DNA from: Deltaproteobacteria bacterium
GTDB taxonomy: Bacteria > Desulfobacterota > GWC2-55-46
Assembly: GCA_016234935.1 (NCBI GenBank)
Contig: JACRNL010000011.1
Span: forward strand, 129,472-193,471
DNA: 64,000 nt
Reading direction: 5' to 3'
Of the stretch, positions 10,147 to 20,198 are shown one piece after another. A model generated the notes under the pieces. It did no database searches. It saw nothing but the letters and a program-made list of their open reading frames with translations, and had not been told where the DNA came from. Made by a program: the position numbers and the translations under genes. The first letter of the stretch is position 1. The number at the start of each line of letters is the position of its first letter.

Positions 10147-11361
10147 ATGCCAAAAGAAAAAAATTCCGGGTTCATACCATACGGCAGGCAGTGGATAGAT
10201 GAAGACGATATCCGCGCCGTGGCCCGGGCGCTGAGCTGCGATTATCTCACGCAGGGTCCCGGGGTGGAGCGGTTTGAAGAGGCCCTGGCCGGATATCTTG
10301 GCGCGAGGTTTGCCGTGGCGGTTTCAAGCGGCACCGCGGCGCTTCATTTAGCGTGCCTTGCCGTTGGAGTGAAAGACCGCCTTGAGGCAATAACGACCCC
10401 GATAACCTTTGCCGCAAGCGCGAACTCGGCCGTTTACTGCGGCGGAAAGCCGGTGTTTGCGGATATTGAGCCCCATACCTTTAATATTAATCCCGATGAG
10501 ATACGAAAGAAGATAACGGCGCGCGCGAAGGCGGTTATCCCCGTGCATTTCGCCGGGCTTGCCTGCGATATGGACGCCATCAGGGCCATCGCCGATGAGC
10601 GCGGCCTGACGGTCATTGAAGACGCCTGCCACGCGCTCGGCGCGGAGTATAAGGATTTAAAAGGCAAGTGGCATAAGGCCGGCTCTTGCGCCCATTCGGA
10701 CCTGTCTATCATGAGCTTCCATCCGGTAAAGCACATAACCACCGGAGAGGGCGGCGCGATACTCACAAACAGCCCGGAGCTTTATGAAAGGCTTATGCTC
10801 CTGAGGACGCACGGCATAACAAAGAAGCCGGATGCGTTTAAAAACAAGGCAATGGCCTTTGATGAAAACGGCGCGCCCAACCCCTGGTACTATGAGATGC
10901 AGGAGGCGGGGTTCAATTACAGGCTGACTGACCTGCAGTGCGCCCTGGGCATAAGCCAGCTTAAAAAGCTCGACGCCTTTGTCGCAAGAAGGCGGCGCAT
11001 AGCGGATATTTATAGCGCGGCCTTTAAGGGGATTGATCTTATAACGCCGCAGGCCGTGTCCGCAGGCAGGGTGTCGTCCTACCACCTCTACGCCGTGCAG
11101 ATTGATTTTAAGAGGCTCGGCAAAAGCCGGGCAAGAATTATGACGGAGCTTAAGGAAAAGGGCATAGGCACTCAGGTGCACTATATCCCCGTGCATTTAC
11201 AGCCCTTTTACAGGGAAAGGTTCGGATGCAAAAAGGGAGACTTCCCCGTGGCCGAGGCGTATTACGAAAAGGCCCTGAGCCTGCCCATGTACCCGAAGAT
11301 GACGGACGATGATGTGAGGCGGGTGGTCCAGGCTGTAACGGGCCTGCTAAAGGTTGCGTGA
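10147..11361 (+). CDS. pseC: UDP-4-amino-4,6-dideoxy-N-acetyl-beta-L-altrosamine transaminase PseC (DegT/DnrJ/EryC1 family)
   Basis: 404 aa PLP aminotransferase fold. DegT-type motifs, SFHPVKHITTGEGG lysine region. Confidence 0.85.
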   Translation: MPKEKNSGFIPYGRQWIDEDDIRAVARALSCDYLTQGPGVERFEEALAGYLGARFAVAVSSGTAALHLACLAVGVKDRLEAITTPITFAASANSAVYCGGKPVFADIEPHTFNINPDEIRKKITARAKAVIPVHFAGLACDMDAIRAIADERGLTVIEDACHALGAEYKDLKGKWHKAGSCAHSDLSIMSFHPVKHITTGEGGAILTNSPELYERLMLLRTHGITKKPDAFKNKAMAFDENGAPNPWYYEMQEAGFNYRLTDLQCALGISQLKKLDAFVARRRRIADIYSAAFKGIDLITPQAVSAGRVSSYHLYAVQIDFKRLGKSRARIMTELKEKGIGTQVHYIPVHLQPFYRERFGCKKGDFPVAEAYYEKALSLPMYPKMTDDDVRRVVQAVTGLLKVA

Positions 11362-12891
11362 ATGTCAAGGAAAGTCCTGCTCATAAGGCCGCGTAACGTT
11401 TATAATTACAATAATTATCCCGCGCTTAATCTTATATGCGTCGGTTCCAAGCTTAAGTCCGCCGGATATGACGTCAAGATAATCAATTGCGCCTTTGAAA
11501 ACGACCCGTTAAAGGCCATAAGCGCTGAACTGAAGGATTCTCTGTTAGCGGGCATATCGTTTCTTACCTCCGAAGTGCCTGATGCCTATGCCGTAATGAA
11601 GCACATAAAAGACAGCTCCGATTTGCCGGTGGTCGCGGGGGGCTGGCACACGACCCTTTTCCCTGAACAGATGGAGGCGTGTCAATACGTTGATTACGTG
11701 GTGGCGGGAGAGGGCGAAGAGCATATACTGAAGATAGCCGACCTGCTGGCAAAAGGAGAGCGGCCCGGGCAGAAGATATTCCCCAAAAGGATGCTCGATA
11801 TGGATACCCTGCCCATGCCGGATTATGACATCGACGGCAATATCGGCAGGTTCATGGACAGCTATCTTACGGACAAGCTCTCTGAATATGTAAGGCAGCC
11901 CATGCGGTGGCTTCCTTACGAATCAAGCCGCGGTTGCCCGTCGCATTGCACCTTCTGCATAAACGTTGTGGCAGGCAATACGCGTTACAGAAAAAAGAGC
12001 GCGGCGAAGGTTATCTCGGAGATAGAGTATATAGTAAACAAACACAAGCTTACGCACCTGAAGATAATAGACGACAACTTCTTTGTTGACATAAAGTGGG
12101 TGCGTGAGATATGCGCCGGAATAATCGACAGAGGGTTCGACATAACATGGGACGGCGAGTGCCGCTGCGACTATTTTAACGATCGTCATCTTAACGACGA
12201 AACGCTGGATCTTTGCAGAAGGTCGGGTCTTGTTCAGCTTACGCTTGGGATAGAGTCCGGCTCCGAGCATACCCTGAAGCTAATGAAAAAGGGCATAACG
12301 CCGGAGCAGGCTGAAAACGCCGTAAGGAGCTGCAACGCGCATAAGATAATAGCCAGATCGTCTTTCATACTTGAGATACCCGGAGAGACGATAGACGATA
12401 TTAAATACACGATACGGCTCATAAACAGGCTGAGAAGATACCCGTATTTCACCTGCGGGGTTGGCACCTTCAGGCCGTATCCGAAGTGCGAGCTTACCGA
12501 GAACCTCCTGAAGGAAGGCTACCTCAAGGAGCCGCGGAGTTTTGAGGAGTGGAAAATGCAGAACGTTATAGACATGTACACCTCGGCGGAATATCAAAGG
12601 CCGTGGCAGGCGAACGCTGATTATTCCGAGAGCGCGGCCTATTATCTGAACATGGAATCAAGCGTGAGGCTCGGGAACCACCAAATAGACAGGGCGCGTG
12701 ACAGGGTTATTAATAATATGTTCATATCCGTCGCGAAGCTGAGAAATAAATTGGCGTACTATGGGCTCCCTTTTGAAAAAATACTCTATAAAAGATTTCT
12801 GAAGAATTTTTACAGCAGGAGGCAGGAGATGGAAAAGAGCGGCTCGTATCCGCTGTCACGCGGTCTTGAAAAGGACGGGAAAAGGGCATGA
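11362..12891 (+). CDS. Cobalamin (B12)-binding radical SAM protein, class B
   Basis: N-terminal B12-binding Rossmann-like domain. CxxxCxxC radical SAM motif CPSHCTFC. 509 aa. Confidence 0.8.
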   Translation: MSRKVLLIRPRNVYNYNNYPALNLICVGSKLKSAGYDVKIINCAFENDPLKAISAELKDSLLAGISFLTSEVPDAYAVMKHIKDSSDLPVVAGGWHTTLFPEQMEACQYVDYVVAGEGEEHILKIADLLAKGERPGQKIFPKRMLDMDTLPMPDYDIDGNIGRFMDSYLTDKLSEYVRQPMRWLPYESSRGCPSHCTFCINVVAGNTRYRKKSAAKVISEIEYIVNKHKLTHLKIIDDNFFVDIKWVREICAGIIDRGFDITWDGECRCDYFNDRHLNDETLDLCRRSGLVQLTLGIESGSEHTLKLMKKGITPEQAENAVRSCNAHKIIARSSFILEIPGETIDDIKYTIRLINRLRRYPYFTCGVGTFRPYPKCELTENLLKEGYLKEPRSFEEWKMQNVIDMYTSAEYQRPWQANADYSESAAYYLNMESSVRLGNHQIDRARDRVINNMFISVAKLRNKLAYYGLPFEKILYKRFLKNFYSRRQEMEKSGSYPLSRGLEKDGKRA

Positions 12892-13871
12892 GGGTTTTAG
12901 TCGCAGGCACAGGGTCAATCGGCACAAGGCACATAAAGAACCTCGTCGAGCTCGGTCATGAGGTGTATGCTACTGACATAAATCAGGAGTGCCTCAAGGC
13001 CGCCGCGCCGCTTGTGAAGGGGACATTCGTGTCGCTTGACGGCGCGCTTAAGGTCAGGCCTGAAGCGGCTTTTATCTGCACATTCAGCTCAGATCATATA
13101 GAACCCGCGCGCAAATGCGCGGAGGCTGGCTGCCATATTTTTATAGAAAAGCCGCTCTCGATGGATTTAAACGGCGTGGACGAGCTGATAGATACGGCTG
13201 ACAGTAAGGGCCTTGTCACGATGGCCGGCTGCAACATGAGATTCCACCCTGCGGTGGCGCATATTAAAGGCATCCTTGACAACGAAGCCGCTTTTGCTAA
13301 AAAGCTCTGGGCAAACCTTGAGTTCGGCTATTATCTGCCGTTTGCCAAGAAGGACTACGAGTCTTCTTATATGGCAAGAAGGAGTCTGGGCGGCAATATC
13401 ATCTTCGATGTGATACATGAGCTTGATTACGCCGTTTGGTTCTTTGGAAAGCCGGTTGAGGTCTTTTGCAGCAAGGGCATACTGTCGGGCTTGAAAATAG
13501 ACACTGAAGACTACGCGGATATGATGATAAGGTTTAAGTCAGGCGCGGTTTGCGTGATACACATGGATTATCTGCAGCACGGCTACTCAAGAAGGTGCAA
13601 GGTCGTCGCCGAAGGCGGGACGGTCGTCTGGGACTTCGCGCACGGCGATATCGGCGCCGTGACCGTAAATAGCAGGCAATGGGACTGGAAGGAAATGAAA
13701 CTTGAAGCTCTCTATAACCGCATGTACGTGGATGAGGCGCAATACTTCATGGACTGCGTTTCATCCGCCAAGGATACGTTCAATCCCTTAAAGGGTGCGC
13801 TTTCCGTTCTAAAGCTCGCGCTCGCGGCGAATATATCCTGCCATACAAACAAGTGGGAGATGGTGTCATGA
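12888..13871 (+). CDS. Gfo/Idh/MocA family NAD(P)-dependent oxidoreductase
   Basis: MRVLVAGTGSIGTRHIKNL Rossmann N-terminus. 327 aa. ATGA overlap with the upstream gene. Confidence 0.8.
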   Translation: MRVLVAGTGSIGTRHIKNLVELGHEVYATDINQECLKAAAPLVKGTFVSLDGALKVRPEAAFICTFSSDHIEPARKCAEAGCHIFIEKPLSMDLNGVDELIDTADSKGLVTMAGCNMRFHPAVAHIKGILDNEAAFAKKLWANLEFGYYLPFAKKDYESSYMARRSLGGNIIFDVIHELDYAVWFFGKPVEVFCSKGILSGLKIDTEDYADMMIRFKSGAVCVIHMDYLQHGYSRRCKVVAEGGTVVWDFAHGDIGAVTVNSRQWDWKEMKLEALYNRMYVDEAQYFMDCVSSAKDTFNPLKGALSVLKLALAANISCHTNKWEMVS

Positions 13872-14737
13872 GCAAGGTTATCGGGGTAATTACGGCGAGA
13901 ATGGCGTCAACGCGCCTTCCGGGCAAGGTCTTGCTGAAGATGGCTGGTAAATCCATATTCGCGCATCATGCCGAGAGGATGCAGAACGTTAAGGGCCTTG
14001 ACGGGGTTTTTCTGGCCACGTCGGAAGACCCTCTGAATAAGCCGCTTATCGCGGAGGCGGAGCAAATGGGCTGCGGGTGGTTTGCCGGGGCTGAGCAGGA
14101 TATAGTGGACAGGCACATAAAGCTGTGCGAAAGGGAAGGGGCCGACGCCTTTATACGTGTCACCTGCGATTCTCCCATATTCGACATCGGGAGCGCGTCA
14201 AGGTTCGTATCCGAGTTCAGGAAGGAGTACAGGGACCTGATCTATGTCTCCAACATGACGATGATTCAGGGATCTCTGTCCGAGCTGCTCTCTTATAAGG
14301 CCATGGTCCAGGTGCATAAGCAGTACAGGGGCGCGGGCATCTCAATGCCTATAAAGGAAAATATGGATAAGTATAAGACCCTCGGCATAGAGATAGACGC
14401 CGACCTGTGCAGGCCTGAGTACCGCATAACGATTGACGAAGCCGTTGACATTGAAATGATAGGCAAGATATACGAGGCGCTCTATAAGGGCAGGCCGCTT
14501 GACCTTCATGAAGTATATACCTGGCTGGATGACTACCCCATGGTAGCGAAGATGAACATGCATGTCGGCATAAAGGGGTGCGAGCAGCAGAGCGCCAATC
14601 TGACGGAGATGCCGGTCTATACCGTAGTGAAGTCCGGCAAAGGCTTCGTGATACTCGATGAGCAAAAGCGCATGGTCGCGCCGGAGGATTTTATGTCAAG
14701 GGTTAAGGATATTTTCCCGCAACTAAAACGGGGATGA
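13868..14737 (+). CDS. SpsF/FlmC-type cytidylyltransferase-like protein (glycan pathway)
   Basis: VIGVITARMASTRLPGKVLL is typical of the SpsF/NeuA-like cytidylyltransferase family. Start at ATG 13868 overlaps the upstream stop. Confidence 0.65.
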   Translation: MSKVIGVITARMASTRLPGKVLLKMAGKSIFAHHAERMQNVKGLDGVFLATSEDPLNKPLIAEAEQMGCGWFAGAEQDIVDRHIKLCEREGADAFIRVTCDSPIFDIGSASRFVSEFRKEYRDLIYVSNMTMIQGSLSELLSYKAMVQVHKQYRGAGISMPIKENMDKYKTLGIEIDADLCRPEYRITIDEAVDIEMIGKIYEALYKGRPLDLHEVYTWLDDYPMVAKMNMHVGIKGCEQQSANLTEMPVYTVVKSGKGFVILDEQKRMVAPEDFMSRVKDIFPQLKRG

Positions 14738-14738
14738 A

Positions 14739-16037
14739 TTGATGACCATGAAAGACCGTTATATCCGTTCAGAAGAGATGCATAAAAGGGCGTTAAAGGC
14801 AATCCCTCTGGGCACGCAGACCTTCAGCAAGAGCAGTACCCAGTATCCGTTCGGCGTCTCCCCTTATTTTATAAAAAAGGGCAGGGGCTCGCATGTGTGG
14901 GACGTTGACGGCAACGAGTATGTTGACTTTATCAATTCCCTTGCCGCCATAACGCTCGGCTACAACGACCCTGACGTCGACGCGGCCGTGAGGGCGCAGC
15001 TTGAAGAAGGCGTGATATTTTCCCTGCCGCACGAACTTGAGATAAAGGCCGCTGAAAAGGTCATAGAGATGGTTCCGTGCGCCGAGATGGTCAGGTTCGG
15101 CAAGAACGGCTCCGACGCAACGGCCGGGGCGATACGGGTCTCAAGGGCCTTTACGAAAAGGGACCATGTCGCCGTGTGCGGCTACCACGGCTGGCAGGAC
15201 TGGTACATCGGCTCAACCGCGCGAAATCTCGGCGTGCCAAAGGCCACGCGCGAGCTGACGCATACGTTTACTTACAATAATATTGATTCGCTCGATAAGA
15301 TATTCAAGGATTACCCTAACGATGTGGCCGCAGTAATCATGGAACCGATGAACGTTTTTGAGCCGGTTGACGGATTCCTTGAAAAGGCCGCGGAGCTTAC
15401 GCGAAGAAACAACGCGGTCTTCATATTCGACGAGACCATCACGGGCTTTCGCTACGCAAACGGCGGGGCCGGCGAATATTTTAACGTGAAGCCCGACCTT
15501 GCCACATTCGGCAAGGGGCTTGCCAACGGCTATCCCGTTTCCGCGGTGGCCGGAAGGGCCGATATAATGCGGTTCATGGAGGATGTATTTTTTTCATTCA
15601 CATTCGGCGGAGAGACATTGTCCCTTGCCGCCGCTCTTACGACCATGGAAAAGTTGCAGAGGGAGCCTGTCATAAAGACCATCTGGTCTCAGGGGGCGAA
15701 GATACTTGACGGCCTTACTCCCCTTATTAAAAAGCACGGGCTTGAAGATATTCTTTCGACAGCCGGCAAGCCCTGCTGGTCTTTTCTGGTATTCAAAGAC
15801 GCGAAAGACTATACCATGTGGGAATTAAAAACACTCTTTTTGCAGGAGATATTCGCGCGCGGCGTGCTTACGCTTACCACGCACAACATGAGCTACGCGC
15901 ATACCGATGAGGACATCGCAAAGCTCCTCAAGGCGTATGACGAGGTGTTCGGGATGATGAAAGAGGCCGTGGAGGAAAAGTCGCTCTTGAAACTACTGCG
16001 CACGGAGCCTCTGGCTGCGCTCTTTAAAGTGAGATGA
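14739..16037 (+). CDS. Class III (GSA-aminomutase-like) PLP-dependent aminotransferase
   Basis: 432 aa. FIFDETITGFR and AT-III fold. Common in flagellin and nonulosonate glycosylation islands. Confidence 0.8.
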   Translation: MMTMKDRYIRSEEMHKRALKAIPLGTQTFSKSSTQYPFGVSPYFIKKGRGSHVWDVDGNEYVDFINSLAAITLGYNDPDVDAAVRAQLEEGVIFSLPHELEIKAAEKVIEMVPCAEMVRFGKNGSDATAGAIRVSRAFTKRDHVAVCGYHGWQDWYIGSTARNLGVPKATRELTHTFTYNNIDSLDKIFKDYPNDVAAVIMEPMNVFEPVDGFLEKAAELTRRNNAVFIFDETITGFRYANGGAGEYFNVKPDLATFGKGLANGYPVSAVAGRADIMRFMEDVFFSFTFGGETLSLAAALTTMEKLQREPVIKTIWSQGAKILDGLTPLIKKHGLEDILSTAGKPCWSFLVFKDAKDYTMWELKTLFLQEIFARGVLTLTTHNMSYAHTDEDIAKLLKAYDEVFGMMKEAVEEKSLLKLLRTEPLAALFKVR

Positions 16038-17107
16038 AGGTAATCTTCAGGACGGACGCCTCCGTCGCAATCGGCTCCGGCCACGCAATGAGGTGTCTGA
16101 CCCTTGCGGCCGCGCTCCGTGAAAAAGGCGCGGAGGTGGTTTTTATATGCAGGGAGCTTAAGGGCAATCTCTGCGCCTTCATCGAGGAAAAGGGTTATCG
16201 CGTGAGAAGGCTTCCTGTGCATTCGGATTCGGCGTTGCAAAAGGGCCTGTATGCGCGCTGGCTCGGAGTGGATATTGAAACAGACGCGGCGGAGACAATG
16301 GCCGCGATAGAAAAGGAAGGACAGGTGCGCTGGCTGGTTATTGACAGCTATGCCATTGACAAAAGGTGGGAGGCCCGCATGAGGCCGTTTGTGTCCGGCA
16401 TCATGGTGATTGACGACCTTGCCGACCGCGAGCATGACTGCGACATACTGCTGAACCAGAACCTTTACGACGACATGGAGGAAAGATACGCGGGTAAGCT
16501 CCCTATTCACTGCAAAAGGCTTTTTGGCCCTGAATACGCGCTTATTCGGCCAGAGTTCAGGGACGCAAGATTAAAGCGCGGGCAAAGGCACGGCAGCATC
16601 AGGCGCATACTCGTATTTTACGGCGGAAGCGACCTCACAAACGAGACCTCGAAGGCGTTAAGGGCGATTCAATCATTGAATATGCCTCAAGTGGCCGTTG
16701 ACGTGGTCGTTGGCAAGGCAAACCCGAATAGGGAAGAGATTGAGAAGCACGCATTTGCCCTTCCCAATGCGGCATTTTACTGCCAGACTGACGATATGGC
16801 GGAGCTTATGTCAAGGGCAGACCTTGCCCTTGGGGCCGGTGGGTCTTCCTCGTGGGAGAGGTGCTGCATGGGCCTGCCGGCTATAGTGACTGTCGTAGCT
16901 GAAAATCAGGCCGCGATAGCGGAAAACCTCGCCAAAAGAGGGATAGTGATAAATCTCGGCTGGCACGCGGACGCGAAGGAAGCTGATATACAAAATGCCG
17001 TTAAAGCCCTTATGGATGACCGCCAAAAGGTTTTGGAGATGGGCAAAAGGGCGTTAGGGCTTGTTGACGGAGACGGGGCCCTTAGGGCTGTTAAGGAGAT
17101 GATTTAA
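16034..17107 (+). CDS. pseG: UDP-2,4-diacetamido-2,4,6-trideoxy-beta-L-altropyranose hydrolase PseG
   Basis: MKVIFRTDASVAIGSGHAMRCLTLA N-terminus and GT-B-like fold, 357 aa. Sits between the aminotransferase and pseH. Confidence 0.85.
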   Translation: MKVIFRTDASVAIGSGHAMRCLTLAAALREKGAEVVFICRELKGNLCAFIEEKGYRVRRLPVHSDSALQKGLYARWLGVDIETDAAETMAAIEKEGQVRWLVIDSYAIDKRWEARMRPFVSGIMVIDDLADREHDCDILLNQNLYDDMEERYAGKLPIHCKRLFGPEYALIRPEFRDARLKRGQRHGSIRRILVFYGGSDLTNETSKALRAIQSLNMPQVAVDVVVGKANPNREEIEKHAFALPNAAFYCQTDDMAELMSRADLALGAGGSSSWERCCMGLPAIVTVVAENQAAIAENLAKRGIVINLGWHADAKEADIQNAVKALMDDRQKVLEMGKRALGLVDGDGALRAVKEMI

Positions 17108-17122
17108 AGAGAGGTTTCTTGC

Positions 17123-17605
17123 GTGAAGACATCCTTTAATTCAAAAGATGCAGAGATAAATTTCAGATATATTGATGAGTCTGACGTAGAAGATCTGTTT
17201 GAATGGAGAAATCACCCTGAGGTAAGGAAAAACTCTTTTAATATGGCTCCGTTAATATTCAAGGAGCATGAAGAGTGGTTTAAGAGAAAAATTAAAAACT
17301 CTGACACAACCATATATATGGCGTGTTGTGGTAATGACAAAATAGGTTCAATCAGATTTGAAGACAATGGCGAAGTTGAAAAAGTAAGCGTGATGCTAAA
17401 CCCGAAATTTACCGGCAAAGGCCTTGGCTCCAAAATTATCAGGATTGGAACGTGGAAATTTATAAGCGAAAAGAAGCCGGGTAAACCTGTTGTCGCGGAA
17501 ATTAAAAGGGATAATATAGCTTCAATCAAGGCCTTTGAAAGAGCCGGCTTCAAGGAAAGCTTCATAACCTTTATTTTCGACGAAAAGCAGGGGAATTTTG
17601 AATAA
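17123..17605 (+). CDS. pseH: GNAT N-acetyltransferase PseH
   Basis: 160 aa GNAT between pseG and pseI. GTG start. Markedly AT-rich (about 36-40% GC by eye) relative to its neighbours. Confidence 0.75.
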   Translation: MKTSFNSKDAEINFRYIDESDVEDLFEWRNHPEVRKNSFNMAPLIFKEHEEWFKRKIKNSDTTIYMACCGNDKIGSIRFEDNGEVEKVSVMLNPKFTGKGLGSKIIRIGTWKFISEKKPGKPVVAEIKRDNIASIKAFERAGFKESFITFIFDEKQGNFE

Positions 17606-18671
17606 CTCGATAAAAATTGGAAATAGGTTGATAGGCAAGGCCCATCAGCCGTTTGTCATCGCCGAGATGTCGGGCAACCACAATCAGTCGCTTGACCGGG
17701 CGTTGGCCATTGTCGAGGCCGCGGCAAAGGCCGGGGCACACGCGGTTAAGCTTCAGACCTACACCGCCGACACCATGACGATAGAGGCCGATAAAGGGCG
17801 GGACGCCCTTCAAGGGCTATTCTATATTGACGACCCCAAAAGCCTCTGGAAGGGCAGGTCGCTTTACGAGCTTTACAAAGAGGCGTATACGCCGTGGGAA
17901 TGGCACGGGCCGATTTTCAAGCGCTGCCGTGAATTGGATATTATTGGCTTTAGCACGCCGTTTGACGAGACGGCGGTTGACTTTCTGGAAGGCTTGAGCG
18001 TTCCGGCATACAAGATAGCGTCGTTTGAAAATAATCATCTGCCGCTTATAAAAAAGGCCGCGGCAACGGGTAAGCCCCTTATTATTTCAACCGGCATGGC
18101 GACTGTGGCCGAGCTTGATGAGGCTGTTTTAACGGCGCGTAAGGCCGGATGCAAGGATATCATACTTTTAAAATGCACAAGCGCCTACCCCTCCGTGCCG
18201 GATGACACGAATCTCAAGACCATCAGACATCTCAAAAAACTCTTTGACGTGGAAGCCGGGCTTTCAGACCATACGCTCGGCGTCGGCGTGGCCGCCGCGG
18301 CAGTGGCCCTCGGCGCGACGGTCATTGAAAAGCATTTTACGCTTTCAAGGGCGGACCACGGCGTGGACTCTGTCTTTTCCATGGAGCCTGACGAGCTAAA
18401 GCTCCTTGTGGATGAGACTAAAAAGGCGTGGCTGGCCCTCGGCAAGGTCTCATACGGCCCGACGGAAAGGGAAAGGGCGTCGTTAAGATTCCGCCGTTCC
18501 GTCTACGTTGTGAAGGACGTGGCAATGGGCGGGAAGTTCACAACGGAAAATACAAGGATAATAAGGCCGGGTGACGGCCTTTCGCCAAAGTATTACGACG
18601 TGATAATCGGCAAGACGGCCTCGCGCCACATAAAAAAGGGCACGCCGATGAATTGGGAGATGGTTTTGTAG
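17598..18671 (+). CDS. pseI: Pseudaminic acid synthase PseI (NeuB family)
   Basis: QPFVIAEMSGNHNQSLDRAL... is a NeuB-type TIM barrel. C-terminal SAF/antifreeze-like domain. 357 aa. Confidence 0.9.
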   Translation: MNNSIKIGNRLIGKAHQPFVIAEMSGNHNQSLDRALAIVEAAAKAGAHAVKLQTYTADTMTIEADKGRDALQGLFYIDDPKSLWKGRSLYELYKEAYTPWEWHGPIFKRCRELDIIGFSTPFDETAVDFLEGLSVPAYKIASFENNHLPLIKKAAATGKPLIISTGMATVAELDEAVLTARKAGCKDIILLKCTSAYPSVPDDTNLKTIRHLKKLFDVEAGLSDHTLGVGVAAAAVALGATVIEKHFTLSRADHGVDSVFSMEPDELKLLVDETKKAWLALGKVSYGPTERERASLRFRRSVYVVKDVAMGGKFTTENTRIIRPGDGLSPKYYDVIIGKTASRHIKKGTPMNWEMVL

Positions 18672-18697
18672 CAGGTAAAATCTTCTATTGCGGGGGG

Positions 18698-19255
18698 ATG
18701 ATGAAAACAAGGCCGATATTCCTTGAAGGGAAAGATATCTTTCTCGGGCCGTTGTCGAAAGACGACAACCTCGATGATTACGCAAGCTGGCTTAATGACG
18801 CGGAAACAACACGCTACATGGGAAGCGGAAGGTTTCCGTTAGCCGCCGAAGGCCTCATGGACTATATTGGCCACTACAATAGCGGCAAGGACGGCATGCT
18901 CCTTGGGATATTTCTTAAAAAACCGGTCAGGCACATAGGCAACATAACGCTCCATCAGATAGACTGGAGAAACAGGCACGCGGAGATAGGTATTCTAATT
19001 GGCGACAAAAAGGCGCGCGGCAAAGGCTACGCGAAAGAGGCCGTGATTCTTGCGGCGCGCCATGCGTTTACGCGCTTAAATCTGAGGAAGCTTACGGCCG
19101 GCATGATAAAGGGCAATGAAGCGTCGAAAAGAGTCTTTGAGAAAGCTGGCTTCAAGGTCGAGGGCGTGCTTCGTGAGCACTTTTTTCTTGACGGTGAATA
19201 CCTCGATTGCTTAAGGCTCGGGCTTCTGAGAAGCGAATTTGTTGACATGGGCTGA
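18698..19255 (+). CDS. GNAT family N-acetyltransferase (RimL-like)
   Basis: GNAT core at HAEIGILIGDKKARGKGYAKEAV. Start at ATG 18698 after SD gcgggggg. Confidence 0.75.
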   Translation: MMKTRPIFLEGKDIFLGPLSKDDNLDDYASWLNDAETTRYMGSGRFPLAAEGLMDYIGHYNSGKDGMLLGIFLKKPVRHIGNITLHQIDWRNRHAEIGILIGDKKARGKGYAKEAVILAARHAFTRLNLRKLTAGMIKGNEASKRVFEKAGFKVEGVLREHFFLDGEYLDCLRLGLLRSEFVDMG

Positions 19256-19398
19256 CGCCAAAAACTTCCGCATGATAACCGGCGGTCTGAGTATTCAAAG
19301 GACACGATGGCACAAACAAGTTCGAGGCAGCTGGTCGGAGGCGCGTGCCATGGCCGCCGGTTTTGCAGATAAAAGGATTCAGGACTAAGGAATAGTCT

Positions 19399-20178
19399 AT
19401 GTCAATCAGCGGAACGATCAAAGGGGCGGCGCTCCCTTTTTATAAATGGATATACGACGCGGTAATGGGCAATAAAGAGTCGCGGTATCTCTATTACAGG
19501 CTCGCCGTATTCCTCTCCACGCGCGGCATTGCCCCGTTGCTGGCGCCTTCGGCCTCGTCCGTGAAAGAGAGATGGCGCAGGCAGGGGCAGGACAGCGCGG
19601 CTGACAATCCCGCCACTTACGCAGTGGAGGATGCGTCTGTTCGCGAGCTTTTCAGGGATGTTTTTCCTTGTCTGGGTAAAGACAGCCGCATACTTGAGAT
19701 AGGCTGCAATGCCGGGCGTTCTTTGAATTATCTTTACAAAAACGGCTTCAGGAATCTGACAGGCGTTGAGATAGGCCCTGAGGCCGTGGAACTCATGAAG
19801 ACAGCCTTCCCTGAAGCATACAGGGGCAGCACAATTATAGTTGGCGACGCTTCTGATGCAGTCAAGAGGTTTAAGGAGGGGGAGTTCGACCTCGTTTTCT
19901 GTCACTCGGTTCTTGTGAACATACATCCGAGATACAATCATATTTTCAGGGATATGGCGAGGATAAGCCGCAAATTCGTATTGATACTGGAAAACGAGGG
20001 CAGTTGCACGGCGTATCCGCGCGACTTCAAGAGGCTGTTTGAAAAAGAGGGGCTTAAGATGGTCGCGTTCAGGGTGCTTGCCGGCGCCGATGCCGCGATA
20101 CCCGCGCCATTCGAAGACAGGCATATATACGTGAATAACACCATAAGACTTTTCGTAAAGGATAAATCTTCTTTCTGA
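19399..20178 (+). CDS. Class I SAM-dependent methyltransferase
   Basis: Motif I ILEIGCNAGR, 259 aa. The opposite-strand 263-aa ORF that fully overlaps it is judged a shadow ORF. Confidence 0.75.
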   Translation: MSISGTIKGAALPFYKWIYDAVMGNKESRYLYYRLAVFLSTRGIAPLLAPSASSVKERWRRQGQDSAADNPATYAVEDASVRELFRDVFPCLGKDSRILEIGCNAGRSLNYLYKNGFRNLTGVEIGPEAVELMKTAFPEAYRGSTIIVGDASDAVKRFKEGEFDLVFCHSVLVNIHPRYNHIFRDMARISRKFVLILENEGSCTAYPRDFKRLFEKEGLKMVAFRVLAGADAAIPAPFEDRHIYVNNTIRLFVKDKSSF

Positions 20179-20198
20179 GGATTCAGCGCGCATCTTTT

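Noticed and set aside
19402-20193. 263-aa ORF on the minus strand exactly antisense to the 19399-20178 methyltransferase gene
   Set aside because: Fully nested opposite a gene with clear SAM-methyltransferase motifs. Such long antisense ORFs are common in GC-rich coding sequence, and it has no recognisable domain or SD.
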